A stretch of DNA of 64,000 bases from Balanoglossus misakiensis (Eukaryota > Animalia > Hemichordata): assembly GCA_040954595.2 (NCBI GenBank), contig CM082586.2:7471337-7535336 (forward strand), given 5' to 3'. Within the stretch, counting starts at the first letter, position 1. Each line of letters begins with the position of its first letter. Positions 36,597 to 50,460 of the stretch are shown piece by piece. Both the position numbers and the translations under genes were made by a program. The notes under the pieces were generated by a model, which was not told the DNA's origin, did not search any database, and worked only from the letters and a program-made list of their open reading frames with translations.

Positions 36597-39500
36597 CTAC
36601 AGAAGAAACAAACATCAAAATACTGCACATGAAACTAGCGTTACAATTAAATGACAATCCGACAGAATCAAAGTGATACAGTTGAATAAGATTATACAAA
36701 TCAATGTTAACGTTTGATGGCATAATGTATGGTTATTGGCAATAATATGTCAGGGAACTGTTAGTGGACACCTGTATATACCGGAAACTTGTATGTAGTG
36801 GCCTTCACTTGTCACAGTCCCTGTGCAATTTACATGTGCATTAATTTACCTGTCTATACAGGCCACCTGTCTATAAAGGCGGATTTAGCAAAGTTCATTG
36901 ACTGTCCGCTATACACAGGTTTTCCTTTTGCACATGCATTGCATTGTGCATTACTAGTATCCAACACGACATTGTCTCACACAGAAAGTGATTAATGTGA
37001 GTAATTTTGTCCATGTAAACATATCAGATGACGTAAGAACTTTCTTTCAACCTGCATGTCTGAAATGTCACATTCTTCTAACACTATACTTAATCGATAA
37101 AACTTATGATGAAATGTCACCAAATAAAATCTGATATCACAAATCCGGTTTTTCTTTAAAAGTGCTTTGTTGGAATAATGTAAACACGATTACTCCCCCC
37201 AACACACTTTTAGCGTATTTTAATCAATAAAGTACTTCAATCTTCTCCTTATCCTTAGCCGACGAACGAACGAACGACACCATTTTTAATTTTGTTATTA
37301 AGTATTTAATAACACAAGTATACATAATCTCAAAGATAAAAGGACACATTTGGGTTTTAAATGATGGTATACTGCACTTTTAGGTTGGCTGCCTGTTAAC
37401 CTGCAGAAGGGGGTCATTGCATGTTTTGCGGCGGGGAATCTAGCCTCAAGCAAATCGCGTTACCAGAAATAAAGGTAAGTGTAACTCGGAGCATAACAGT
37501 TTGTACGGTGTTTTAAGGGGCGCCAACGAAATGAACCATTTTAGACCAATAAAGTAGATGTTATAAATGAGAAGAGTTGATAAAGTAGTCGATGAGACGC
37601 TTGCGCACCGCTGGATACCTCATCTGGATTTCATCATTGCGCACTCTCCAACTCATGAAAAACGATCGCCTTGAATCAGAGACTGCAGAGTAAGAGGCAC
37701 TGCTATATATAACATTCAGGTCATCGAGTTGGGATTGAGTGCGGCGATCCCTCCTTCGGTTACACCAATAAATATCATGCCCTAGATAAGGCCAATGCAA
37801 GAATTTCCACCTCATGGGTTTCGCGGCGTGATCATATGTAAAGTGGTGTGTATACATTCAACTGATCGCAACAGATGCCATTTCAACTTTAAGTCGCCAT
37901 TTTGAAGATGAAGATTCTGCCATTTGGTGGGCGCATTCTCATTTTGGCTAAGCCTCCAAATTACTGTTATGTGACTCAGTCTGGAGTGTTGTCACTTATT
38001 GTTTGAGTAACGGGCGTGTGATATTTAACTGCAGTATCTTAATAGAACACTTAAACGATCTAACCAATCAAGCTTCTGGCATCGGTGACATTTGTGACTG
38101 CATTAAACAAACTGACATGTGGTGAATGCCACGCATGGGGCACGGGTTGCTTACTATTTTCGGTGGGGCATGGTTTACTTACTATTTTCGAACCACCCCT
38201 TACATAGGTCCCTATGTCTTTCTTTCACTAATTTCACTTTTCCTATGTATAGTTGGTAGTCACTAGCTGTACAATAACTCAGGCAGTTGCGAGAGGTACA
38301 CACTATAAGCTGGGCTGGTTACTGGACAAATTTGGAAAGTTTAAAAAGATCAAGTTATGGAGCTGGGTCAACACATTCTACATTTCTTTGGGCAGGCCGC
38401 CGAATAACCTATATTTCAGTCTGTCTTCTACAGCTTGGACAAAGTGCGCATGCTCAAGTCATTATTCATACGGAGTTCTTCTGTCCACCTACAGTAGTAG
38501 GAAACGTGAGGGGAATTCAAACTTCTAGAACAATGCGTTGCGACAAAAGACTGCTTCAATCATTAACCTCGTAAGTACACAAGAACAACGGCTTCATTGA
38601 GACGTTTCGGTCAACATCGGTCAGTGCAGCTTTCAGTCGCTGCAGGGAGTGTCATTTTTACGAACCAGCCAACTCCTATAGCAAGGGTCACATTTTAGAA
38701 AGAATAACAGCTTTTCAGTTCAACCCAGTGAAAGAATCGTCTATTGGGCGTTGTGCCTTAGACTCAAGAGAAGATTTCCACCGCCACAGATAGATGCCAA
38801 CGAAAATTGCACAATATAAATGTTGAATTCAAAACTACAACACAATAGTAGAAAAGAAAACGGACTAGCTCCGATGTCTACAAAACTCACAGGTGCAGAG
38901 AAATCGGATTATAGTATTTCCAAAGTTAGATGTCAGTAAAAGAACATTATTGTTAGTTGTCGATACCTCCAGTTTTCTTTTCACGCCAATGCATCATGGG
39001 AATACCATGTTGCTGGCCGCCTTTACATGTTACTCTTTTATTTGGCGGCAACCAATCAACAGATGACGTCACGATTGTCGTATCTCTGCCACCATATTTG
39101 GAAGATTTCTATACGGGACTGTATCTCTTTTTCTTTCAACATAAATGCTGTGTTCTTTTACATTTCACAAGTTACTATTACAAACTGTAGTTGTAAGTTG
39201 CGTCGTTTCGAAGCAAAAGAATTAAGTTTCGCTTTTTATCACTTTGGTCATTGCTTTAAATGCCATGCTTGGAGTAACCTTGCGTCGTTCCTGTATCGTC
39301 TCCTTGTGTAAGGTTAACGATGTTGTGATAAAAACGATTCTAGGGACGTGGTTCAGATTGTGTGGCTTCCTTTGTCGCTTCCTTGTTACAAGTGCCATTA
39401 CGTCAAACATATATCGTTTACAACATGACTCGCGGTGTTTACGTTTACGAATAAGCGCGTAGGTTTTGTCCTTTGTATACATGCAATTCTGACGCAAACT

Positions 39501-41913
39501 TTAGCCTTGTTTATGCCGCGGTGCGCCTAAAGAGGGGCGCCAGGAAACGCCTTTTGTGCCCCGGTCAACGAACGCACGTTGTTGACCTGCCCAGCTTTCT
39601 CGTCACCACTGACCGAAGTGGCTATAAAGCTTGGCGTCTTCCTTGTTTACGGGTGCTACTGTGTCAGGCACTGTGTCATATGTGTTGAGCGTAGATCTAG
39701 GTCGATCAACAGTCTGCAGGGGTCACAAAGTGGAGAAAACACAGCTGTTCGGTCAAATTCACATCTCAGGCAAATCTTTGAGCTGCAGAGAAGATGACTT
39801 GCGCCCAAAATAAATGAAAAATAAATCTATCTTTCTTTCTTTCTTTCTTTCTGTCTTTCTCTTCTCTCTCTTTTTCTTTCTTTCTCTCTCTCTCCTCTCC
39901 ATCTCTTTCTCTCTCTCTCAAAAAAAAACAAAAACAAAAACGTATCGATAATTTTTTGCAGCATAATAAACTTCAACAGTGCTTCCGCATTTCTTCGTAG
40001 TTAGAATTGTCGCGTTATCACTACGGTTACATGTAAGCGGTCATTAAGAATCCTTGCAATGTACTTTAAGTTAAGAAATTCGGTTTTCAAGAAGAAGGAG
40101 ATCCATTATGGGTTCTTTTCGGGCTTTGACATTTTTCTTGAGACGAAATTCTTGGAAGCGAATATACCCCCCCCCCCCTCCTCAACATACACACATCCTT
40201 TCATAAATTTGTGGCGCGGCCACATTTATCCTGTTGGTGACCTTCAGGGTGACCTTGCCAATAAGGCGAGGGGAAAGAGTTTTTTGTTCAAACAAAAGTC
40301 AGATAAACATCTTAAAAATTAAACTATGTTGAACAAGTCACCCCTTTCAATCAACACTCGACACCAGTTCATGACACGTATAGCTGCGCACTGTTGACAT
40401 TTCTGGACATGAAGTTGACAGATGCCGTTTGAAACACGATATGCAAAATACTTCCACGTAAGATTTTTTTATAGCGCATTAACTATTTGTAGGGCTTCTT
40501 GTTTGAGAACTGGGACATGAAAGTTTGTCGAACAAACAATCTTAGACCTGACCTGATTATGTCAGAACGATGTATACGCCGAAAGGGGGGGGGGGGGCAG
40601 ACAGGGACAGTTGGACAGGGAAATACATCGAGACCGACAGACAAGCAGACATACAGTCAGATGGGCAGGGAGGTACATTGAGACAGACACAGATGGAGAA
40701 ACAGACTGATACTGATAAATAAACAGACATGGAGGAGGGAGGGGAGGGTGGACAGGGGAAAGTAATTTGCTCCCCGCCGCTGATTTACGCCACGCGATAG
40801 CATAACCTAAAACGAAGGAAACCGAAGGAAACCGAAGGACACTGATTTTTCCATATTTTAGTGCGAAGGACACGGTTTTCTGTATGCTAGAGGCCGAAGG
40901 ACTGGTTTAGCTTCGAATTAAACGCCGAAGGACGGGTGTAGCTCCGTAATTTTGGCCGAAGGAAAGCGAAGGACGCTGATTTATCCGTATTTTAGTGCGA
41001 AGGACGTGGTTTTCTCTATGCTGGGGGCCGAAGGACTGGTTTAGTTCGGTAATTAAAGCTTAAGGACGGGTGTAGCTCCGTAATTTCGGCCGAAGGAAAC
41101 CGAAGGACACTGATTTTTCCATATTTTAGTGCGAAGGACACGGTTTTCTGTATGCTAGAGGCCGAAGGACTGGTTTAGCTTCGAATTAAACGCCGAAGGA
41201 CGGGTGTAGCTCCGTAATTTTGGCCGAAGGAAAGCGAAGGACGCTGATTTATCCGTATTTTAGTGCGAAGGACGTGGTTTTCTCTATGCTGGGGGCCGAA
41301 GGACTGGTTTAGTTCGGTAATTAAAGCTTAAGGACGGGTGTAGCTCCGTAATTTCGGCCGAAGGAAACCGAAGGACACTGATTTTTCCATATTTTAGTGC
41401 GAAGGACACGGTTTTCTGTATGCTAGAGGCCGAAGGACTGGTTTAGCTTCGAATTAAACGCCGAAGGACGGGTGTAGCTCCGTAATTTTGGCCGAAGGAA
41501 AGCGAAGGACGCTGACTTATCCGTATTTTAGTGCGAAGGACGTGGTTTTCTCTATGCTGGGGGCCGAAGGACTGGTTTAGTTCGGTAATTAAAGCTTAAG
41601 GACGGGTGTAGCTCCGTAATTTCGGCCGAAGGAAACCGAAGGACACTGATTTTTCCATATTTTAGTGCGAAGGACACGGTTTTCTGTATGCTAGAGGCCG
41701 AAGGACGAGTGTAGCTCAGTAATTTAGGGCGAAGGAAACCGAAGGACAGTCATATTTCCATTTTTTAGGGCGAAGGAAAAGGAAGGACAGTCATATTTCC
41801 ATATTTTAGGGCGAAGGACACGATTCTCTCACGATTATCAGAGACTTGGCGTCAGCTAGTACACGTCTGACCAGAGTTACTGATATCAATGTCGAGATCT
41901 TAAGTAGAGTGTC

Positions 41914-42165
41914 ATGTTTACACGAAACAAAACTAAACAAACATACCTCATAGAAATGCTATCACTAATTCTACGTAACAATACTTTTGAATTAAACAAC
42001 AAATTCTACAAGCAAACATGCAGTTGTACCGTGGGCTCAAATGCTTCACCGGGAATAGCCGACATTACGTTCCATGAACTGGAAATGAAAAACAACTGAC
42101 AAAAAACGATCTCAACACAAGATCACACTATTGATATCCTAATTCCGAGATACAGAGAGATGGAT
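41914..42165 (+). pseudogene. Degenerate Penelope-like reverse transcriptase fragment in the Foldback spacer
   Basis: YLIEMLSLILRNNTFELNNKFYKQ...GSNASPGIADITFHELE resembles PLE RT motif 4 (L..N.F.FN...Y.Q..G..MGS..SP..A....LE); frameshifted RYR(D)DG remnant near 42148-42164. Confidence 0.7.
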
Positions 42166-42216
42166 ACTAATGTCCTTCTCCCTAAAATATGGAGAATCAC
42201 TGTCCTTCGCTTTCCT

Positions 42217-43036
42217 GAGTTAGGTGCGGAATTGTGTCTTATCATGCTCTTTTTACGTCCATGGTCTTATTGAAGGGGCATTTCTAAACTACATGTATTG
42301 TCTAAGGAAGCTAATTTAGCTAATAATGATAAACACGGCTTTTTTCAAGATAATTATCACTTTCTAAATATCGTTCTAAACTTTCTAAACTAGCAGCAGT
42401 TTAGAAAGTTGGACTACTTGGGCGTTTACAAATGTACGGCGTACACTTTGGAAGTAGGCTTGGAATGAAGAGAGAGACGGGATGGCCAGTACTTCGGTGG
42501 GAAGTCAAATGTGATCTTTGTTTTATTTTAACAGTATATATAGTCGAAGTTCTAACTCTGACATTTTACAACACCTCATAATGGTAGAACAATGGTGTTA
42601 AGACATTGATTAACCTGAGACTTCAGTCGTTGCACAGAACAATGGTGTCATACAAACGAAGCTCATATCTCAATAAACTGAGAGGAGTTTTGAGATAAGG
42701 CTTGATTTGGGCAATAAACGATTCCCAACATTCTCCCGTCCGCAAATATTGAAATTGAAATGCACCAATTGAAATCATACATGAAAATTCCGCAAATATT
42801 GGAATGGAAATACAGCACTTATATCGTCGGCAGAAAATTTTAGTCGGGGGGGGGGGCTTTCTAAACTGTGGCTAATTTATAAATTTAGAACGATATTTAG
42901 AAAGCGATAATTATCGTAGTGATAATTATCCTTAAAACTTAGATAGTTTAGAACTATTTAGCTACAGCTAATTTAGCTTTCTACACTTGTAGCTAAACTT
43001 TCTAAAAACGATAAAACACAATTCCGCACCTTACTG
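42217..43036. mobile_element. Nested hAT-like non-autonomous element inside the Foldback right arm
   Basis: TIRs GAGTTAGGTGCGGAATTGTGTCTTATC / GATAAAACACAATTCCGCACCTTACTG; 8-bp TSD GCTTTCCT (42209-42216) / GCTTCCCT (43037-43044) interrupting a host module; subterminal TTCTAAA/TTTAGAA motifs. Confidence 0.8.
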
Positions 43037-46000
43037 GCTTCCCTTCGCCCTAAAATATGGAGATATGAGCGTCCTTCGCTTTCCTTCGGCCTAAATTACG
43101 GAGCTACACCCGTCCTTCGGCGTTTAATTCGAAGCTAAACCAGTCCTTCGGCCACCAGCATACAGAAAACCACGTCCTTCGCACTAAAATAGGGATAAAT
43201 CAGCGTCCTTCGGTTTCCTTCGCCCTAAATTACTGAGCTACACTTGTCCTTCGGCCTCTAGCATACAGAAAACCTCGTCCTTCGGCCGAAAATAGGGATA
43301 AATCAGCGTCCTTCGGTTTCCTTCGCCCTAAATTACTGAGCTACACCTGTCCTTCGTCCACCAGCATACAGAAAACCACGTCCTTCGCACTAAAATAGGG
43401 ATAAATCAGCGTCCTTCGGTTTCCTTCGCCCTAAATTACTGAGCTACACTTGTCCTTCGGCCTCTAGCATACAGAAAACCTCGTCCTTCGGCCGAAAATA
43501 GGGATAAATCAGCGTCCTTCGGTTTCCTTCGCCCTAAATTACTGAGCTACACCTGTCCTTCGTCCACCAGCATACAGAAAACCACGTCCTTCGCACTAAA
43601 ATACGGATAAATCAGTGTCCTTCGCTTTCCTTCGGCAAAAATTACGGAGCTACACCCGTCCTTCGGCGTTTAATTCGAAGCTAAACCAGTCCTTCGGCCA
43701 CCAGCATACAGAAAACCACGTCCTTCGCACTAAAATAGGGATAAATCAGCGTCCTTCGGTTTCCTTCGCCCTAAATTACTGAGCTACACTTGTCCTTCGG
43801 CCTCTAGCATACAGAAAACCACGTCCTTCGCACTAAAATAGGGATAAATCAGCGTCCTTCGGTTTCCTTCGCCCTAAATTACTGAGCTACACTTGTCCTT
43901 CGGCCTCTAGCATACAGAAAACCTCGTCCTTCGGCCGAAAATAGGGATAAATCAGCGTCCTTCGGTTTCCTTCGCCCTAAATTACTGAGCTACACCTGTC
44001 CTTCGTCCACCAGCATACAGAAAACCACGTCCTTCGCACTAAAATACGGATAAATCAGCGTCCTTCGGTTTCCTTCGGCAAAAATTACGGAGCTACACCC
44101 GTCCTTTGGCTTTAATTACTGAGCTAAACCTGTCCTTCGGCCTCTAGCATACAGAAAACCGTGTCCTTCGCACTAAAATATGGAAAAATCAGTGTCCTTC
44201 GCTTTCCTTCGGCCAAAATTACGGAGCTGAACCCGTCCTGCGGCTTTAATTACCGAACTAAACCTGTCCTTCGGCCACCAGCATAATTAATTACCGAACT
44301 AAACCTATCCTTCGGCCACCAGCATAGAGAAAACCTTTTCCTTCGCACTTAAATATGGATAAATCAGCGTCCTTCGCTTTCCTTCGGCGTTTAATTCGAA
44401 GCTAAACCAGTCCTTCGGCCACCAGCATAGAGAAAACCTTTTCCTTCGCACTAAAATATGGAAAAATCAGTGTCCTTCGCTTTCCTTCGGCCAAAATTAC
44501 GGAGCTGAACCCGTCCTGCGGCTTTAATTACCGAACTAAACCTGTCCTTCGGCCACCAGCATAATTAATTACCGAACTAAACCTATCCTTCGGCCACCAG
44601 CATAGAGAAAACCTTTTCCTTCGCACTTAAATATGGATAAATCAGCGTCCTTCGCTTTCCTTCGGCGTTTAATTCGAAGCTAAACCAGTCCTTCGGCCAC
44701 CAGCATAGAGAAAACCACGTCCTTCGCACTAAAATACGGATAAATCAGCGTCCTTCGCTTTCCTTCGGCCAAAATTACGGAGCTACACCCGTCCTTAAGC
44801 TTTAATTACCGAACTAAACCAGTCCTTCGGCCCCCAGCATAGAGAAAACCACGTCCTTCGCACTTAAATATGGATAAATCAGCGTCCTTCGCTTTCCTTC
44901 GGCGTTTAATTCGAAGCTAAACCAGTCCTTCGGCCACCAGCATAGAGAAAACCACGTCCTTCGCACTAAAATACGGATAAATCAGCGTCCTTCGCTTTCC
45001 TTCGGCCAAAATTACGGAGCTACACCCGTCCTTAAGCTTTAATTACCGAACTAAACCAGTCCTTCGGCCCCCAGCATAGAGAAAACCACGTCCTTCGCAC
45101 TTAAATATGGATAAATCAGCGTCCTTCGCTTTCCTTCGGCGTTTAATTCGAAGCTAAACCAGTCCTTCGGCCACCAGCATAGAGAAAACCTTTTCCTTCG
45201 CACTAAAATATGGAAAAAACAGTGTCCTTCAGTTTCCTTCGGTTTCCTTCGGTTTCCTTCGTTTTAGTCTCACCCCACGCGATTCTGGCTTGAACTGGCA
45301 AAGACCAGTGTGAACTGGCACAACAGGGGAGGAAAGATCTTGTTTCGCAAACAAGCGACTAACACACATCTAGGCTGTTCACAGGCGCTGACTCTGAGGT
45401 TCTGTGTTTAATACATCAGCAATGACAACAAACACCAGTGCTCGGAATGCGAATAACCTACTTTTATCAAAACAGCTCCTAACACTCCAACCAGAACCAC
45501 GCCATACCAAAATAACTTTATTAATTAATACACGGTTCTTTGAATTCGGCCAGTGATCATTACGCAATTCATGTTAGTCTTGGCATCGTATTACAACTGG
45601 CAACCACTGACAACGGCCATATCGCTATGAATGATGTGGCAATCCGCATCATAACATTTAGTGGACTGAAATATGGCGGACACAACATATGGGGCAGGGC
45701 TTACTCACTCTTTTCGAAGGATGTCGCATAAATGGTATAGGATATTAAATTTTTCAGGGAATGCGTGTCTTGAGAAGACTTGATCATGTGCACATCCAAC
45801 AATAGCAGCATTACACGTAGTAAAACACAGTCACTGCATGGACGTTTGTTAATCTTTTTTAGAATGTGTTTGGTCATTTGCTTTGTGTAAACAATTATTC
45901 CTTGCATGTGTATACAAATTATACAGAAGGGGGTTTTGTATCAGCATGCTATACCTTGGTGCCTGCCACGAGGCATTCCCCACAACGCTTGCTAAATCCC

Positions 46001-49000
46001 CCAGTGTATACAGTAGTGTACTGTGTGGAGAGTTACGGTCTCTTCAGAGGGAAATGACATATTAATACTCCAAATCATTATTTTTTTATGTTTCCAACTA
46101 TACACAACTTTGTGCGACAGGTGTGTATTTTAATGTAGGGGATCATACCTTTCAAACCACATTGAGATAACCTCAATTGTATTATTTTGCACATGAATAT
46201 TTTGTACTTTCCGTTACCAGTTGAAGTATAGACTCAATCAAGTAGGTGAATTGTACAATTTCCAACCTGTGCTGATGTCCAAATACGACAATTATTAAAC
46301 ATAATCGAGTTTAATTTCCGTCAACCGGTCATTACCCTCCGAACTGTTAACCACCATGATGATGAAGCGAGATTAACATTGCACGATCAACAGCAACCAA
46401 TTTCAATAGGTTCGACAGCTGGAGAACTGGAAATAACAGGTCACGTGACATCTCCGTAATAAATAGGACCCGCATATTGTGCCGCTGTTGCGCAATTATT
46501 CTGATTTGATCTAAAAGCAGAATTCCATTATTCAAGAAACGAGGCGCGATTCCAATATAACTGTGCTTCACTCTGTAGAACTGGTTGGTCACTATAGAAA
46601 TTGTCGAAATCAGGGGTAGTCTCTGTCGCCTAACCACAAATGGGTCAGGTTAGCACAACAGACTGGCCTACGTGCGTCGGGCTCAAAAGATGGCCATGAC
46701 CTACTTTGAAAGGTGATTTCCCCGAATGGGGGACTCCGCAAAGTTCATCAGGGATATGTGATCCAGTTGTTTGCCCTTTAAAGGCAAAAACAACGCGACC
46801 ATGACAAGAACCGTAATGGTTATGTCTCTGTTTACGGTCAGTGGTTGTGTTTGTTGATTCGATCGGGGTCCGACGACCAGCGCATGCAGTGAGATTGTTT
46901 CGACAGAGTGAACACCGATTGGGCGGGATTTACGAAAGTGCAACAGCCACGGTGGGAGTCAACAACTTACATCAAGGACAGTTCCCGCGGGGTCAACAGA
47001 TTTACAAGGCGGTCAGTTTTGAAGAGATGGAACCAACATTTCCCCAAAATGGCTGTCTGGAACCCACATCAACACGCGTTCTAATGCAAGCCTGCAGAGG
47101 CTGTTTTCAATTGCTCGCTTTCGCTCTCATTGATATTGAATGTTTTGTGGTGGAAAGCTTTTTTCAAGTTAATCCCCAAAGCTGATAAAGAAAGGGAGGA
47201 CACCTTAAGGTGCCACGGTACAGTTTGTTCTGGCACGGAGGGATGGTCATCAAGAACATTAAACAACTTCATAGCGTAATGACTCCTGCATGAAATGATT
47301 GCACCACAAACTGACGATTAACCTTGCATGGCCATGTTAACAGGTGTGTGACTAGGCTTACACTGTCCTCGAGCCATATAGAATTGTCTGTACCGTGGCC
47401 CAAAAGACAAAAGTCCTGCTTCGGCTCCTCATTCGGTTTCCGCGCTCGCTTCATCACCCAGTTCTAGCACGTCTGAACAATGACTCTGAACATAAACATT
47501 GGTCCCGTCTGGCAGCCGCATTGGATCGTATCGCCATCGTATTAACCATGTTCCAAATTTAAACGAAATCGGCTCAATATATTGAACCTGAATTGTGTTT
47601 CTGGACGCACATATGTATACAGGGATGGATTGGTGGATGGATGGATGGATGGATGGTCACAGATATCAGGTGAATTGAACGCCCCAGTGGAACGCTTTAT
47701 CGGTGTTTCAGTAGAGGACATTCACCTCAGTATATGTACACGCATTACACTTATCTGTCACACACAAACATCACTAAATCCAATAAACAGTTTGCGTAGG
47801 AAGATTGTTAGCTAGGCACATTGTTTGAAGACCGTAGAGCAGCACTCGGTGAAGGTTAGCTAACAAAAAGTTGTCGTCCCTTTTTGAAAACATGGGCCCA
47901 ATACGTTTTCTAAGCACGAATTTACTACGATTCGCTTTTCTTTAAATTATTACCAGTATCAATTCACGGGCTACAGGGATCACGGAGTCTTTGTCCTAAG
48001 ATGACTGAGTCAAGGTCCGCTTAGCACGGCATGGCTTGGATAGGTCAGCTCGGCACAGTTAAATGGACGGAAAATACTGACCAGATAAAACACACTTGTC
48101 TAGGCGAGCCTGGTGGTAATACAGTCTCCCTAACCTGTCCCGATTAAACACACTTGGCGATCAAAGATGCTCTTGAGTAAAGTGTCTCCCGTAATTCATT
48201 CCTTTTATGGGGACTGCCGCGTTTAAGGTTCCCATGTGTGTCTTTCTTCGCGGTGTTGCTAGCTTCTGTTGGGCTGGTAGAGTGTTACCATGGTTACGAT
48301 CGGGCGGGGCGGTATCACCCAACTCGGGACAACTGCGCATGATCCGTCTTGTCTTGTCTCATGAGAAGAAGCGAAGCTTACACTTCTTACTCTTAGTGAA
48401 TCATAAATACAGTTTCCTGCTTTTTATTTTGAAACGTTCGATATTCGTCACGCGATCTGTCTTTATCAGTAACTTCCGTCGTGGATGTTTCGACATAAAA
48501 TCGATTGACTCGGCAACATGTAGCACTGGGTGTGTGACTCATATACAGACTGTGTTGACGGGCTGAATGTGAATTTCAATATTTCAATATTCCGTACATA
48601 AGTTAACTTACCCATCCTTGTTATTTGAAGAGTTTACGCGTATTATTATGGGAATATACGCGTTGTTAAGTTGTTTAGAGAAATGTTAAAAATGTAGGTT
48701 AATTGAGTCGAAAAAATACGTTAAAACATACTTAGGCATATTACTACCAGTAACCCTCTTTACTGAGAATGTTGTACATGTAATATGGTAGTACATGTGT
48801 ACGGTTGGCGGTCTCTTTCAATCATGATGTTTGTTTTCAAAGTAAGTCACCGTCAGTTCTCCGTATCGATGAATAACTTGCCAGGGCGTTGATCCTAACT
48901 TTGTCTGTTTATTGGGTACGGCCTTTCCATAAAATTGCCGGATACAATACTTTTATAAACCGTTGAAATCCCATTGCAAAATGCTGCGTGCGCACATCAA

Positions 49001-49959
49001 TAGCTTTTTCCGGGTGCAGCTTTTATTTACGTAGGCCTACGTGTCGAGACCTTGAACGTTGTAAGTGGGAGGGAGAGAGTTTACACGGAGTGCGCTCGGG
49101 AACGGTCTGAGATACCATTGGTGCATCTTTGTCTGTCAGTTATGCTAATTAGGACATGGACCCTCCCCGAGGGAAAGTAGTCTGTGGGAGGTCACCCTTA
49201 GGCCCTTGCCAAGCTGTGCGGATCGGACAATGCATTGACAAAGATACATTGAAATCACACTGTTACACGGTACCTTCGTCGCTGATGTTGGGGGAGGTAA
49301 TTTATGCGCACCACAAATTAAAGAGCAAAACAGGTTGACAAGAAAGTCTTCTATCTAACTTGGAGAGTGCATAAGAGCAATCATTAAAACGGGGCTGTCG
49401 GACACTAAAATATTTAAACGGGTCCGCATTCAAAACAAAGGCGTAAGCGAAAACCATTCTTGATTTGTTAATGACACAAACTCTCCACAGTAAAGTCTAC
49501 AACAAGGCAATAGATTCGTTTCAATATAAACCCGAAATAGGCTTATTGGGGGCATATGCAGGGTGTAGCAGACCTCCCCACGCAATACAATTTAGTTCAG
49601 TTGCCCCCACCCCGTCTTCTACGATCGTGAAAAGTCCAAACTCCACACGATAGGTCATGAAATCCCAGGTCGTAAGCTTACAGCTTGCCTATTATATGTT
49701 TTCGTCTACTACAGCGAAAGTTTCGGTCCATGAGTTGTCTTAAAAGCCTTGTTTCGCTCGGTCTACGTATTTTAATATCTCAAGGTCTCTGTGCACTTGC
49801 AAAGTACACTGGCCTACTCGAGTCCATATGGACTGTCGGTTACGAAATAGTGTTATGGCTGTGGGTGCATTTCAACTGAACGAAGACAAACAAAGCAAGT
49901 GAGAAAAAGTTCATTAATAAATAATGCAAGATGTTTGAATCATGAAAGAAACGTATTAC

Positions 49960-50310
49960 CTCATAGGCACTTGTTAAACGCAGTTGATAAAACACCGGCA
50001 TGTAGAATTCGGCGGAGAACACCATGACCAGAGCATAGCTTATGCCGAACAGCGAATACATGGAGCCGTAGATGTAGTGTTCTGCGGGAGTTCCCAGGAT
50101 AGTGATGGCCGACATGAAGCTCACTGTCAGCGACATGGCGACCGGCACGGGATTCATGTTGCGGTCGGCCATCAGAAACTCGTTGGCGGTCTTCTGCTTG
50201 CCCCCGGTGCAAGCGTGGAAGAGACCGATGCCGGCGGAGACGAAGAGAAGCAGGCCGAACACGACATAGTCGGCGATGGAAAAACTCGGGATGTCTGGAG
50301 ACGCCGTCAT
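49960..50310 (-). CDS. SLC5 transporter first coding exon, proximal variant (1a)
   Basis: MTASPDIPSFSIADYVVF...SFMSAITILGTPAE...LTSAYE|gtaata; 351 nt, phase 0. Confidence 0.95.
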
Positions 50311-50419
50311 CTTTACCTCCGGTTGTGATTTTTGCAGACAAAGGCGAGACCAACGAGAACGCTGTACTGAACACGACGGTAGTACAAGCAGTGTGGATGT
50401 AAACAAAGTTGGCCGTGTG

Positions 50420-50460
50420 TGTATTATAGTCAGGAACCTGGATTGAAAACAGCCAATCAA
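50420..50460 (-). promoter_or_regulatory. Candidate core promoter of exon 1a (TATA-like CTATAAT; CCAAT box)
   Basis: Minus-strand CTATAAT at ~50423-50429 and AGCCAATCA at 50451-50459, 110-150 nt upstream of the ATG; motif match only. Confidence 0.4.

Larger units (their letters stand above)
40799..45274. mobile_element. Foldback-type non-autonomous DNA transposon with modular inverted arms
   Basis: Left arm ~40807-41820 built of CGAAGGAC modules; right arm ~42171-45267 built of the reverse complement GTCCTTCG; ends CTAAAACGAAGG...CCTTCGTTTTAG; direct repeat CCACGCGAT at 40790-40798 and 45275-45283. Confidence 0.88.

Noticed and set aside
38598-38626. Hammerhead-ribozyme-like CTGA...GAAAC on the minus strand
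   Set aside because: Core reads CTGACCGA rather than CTGANGA, and I could not build convincing stems.
40807-45267. CRISPR-like look: constant CGAAGGAC with ~23-nt variable spacers
   Set aside because: Spacers recur cyclically, the constant part is only 8 bp, arms are inverted with a TSD, there are no cas genes, and the context is a eukaryotic intron.
46340-47460. Cluster of short ORFs suggesting a decayed gene or transposon
   Set aside because: No recognisable motif in the frames I translated; needs tblastx.
50311-50460. N-terminal extensions of exon 1a (and of exon 1b at 53504-53545) in the ORF track
   Set aside because: They start at non-ATG codons; homology and the identical 351-nt length point to the ATGs at 50310 and 53503.
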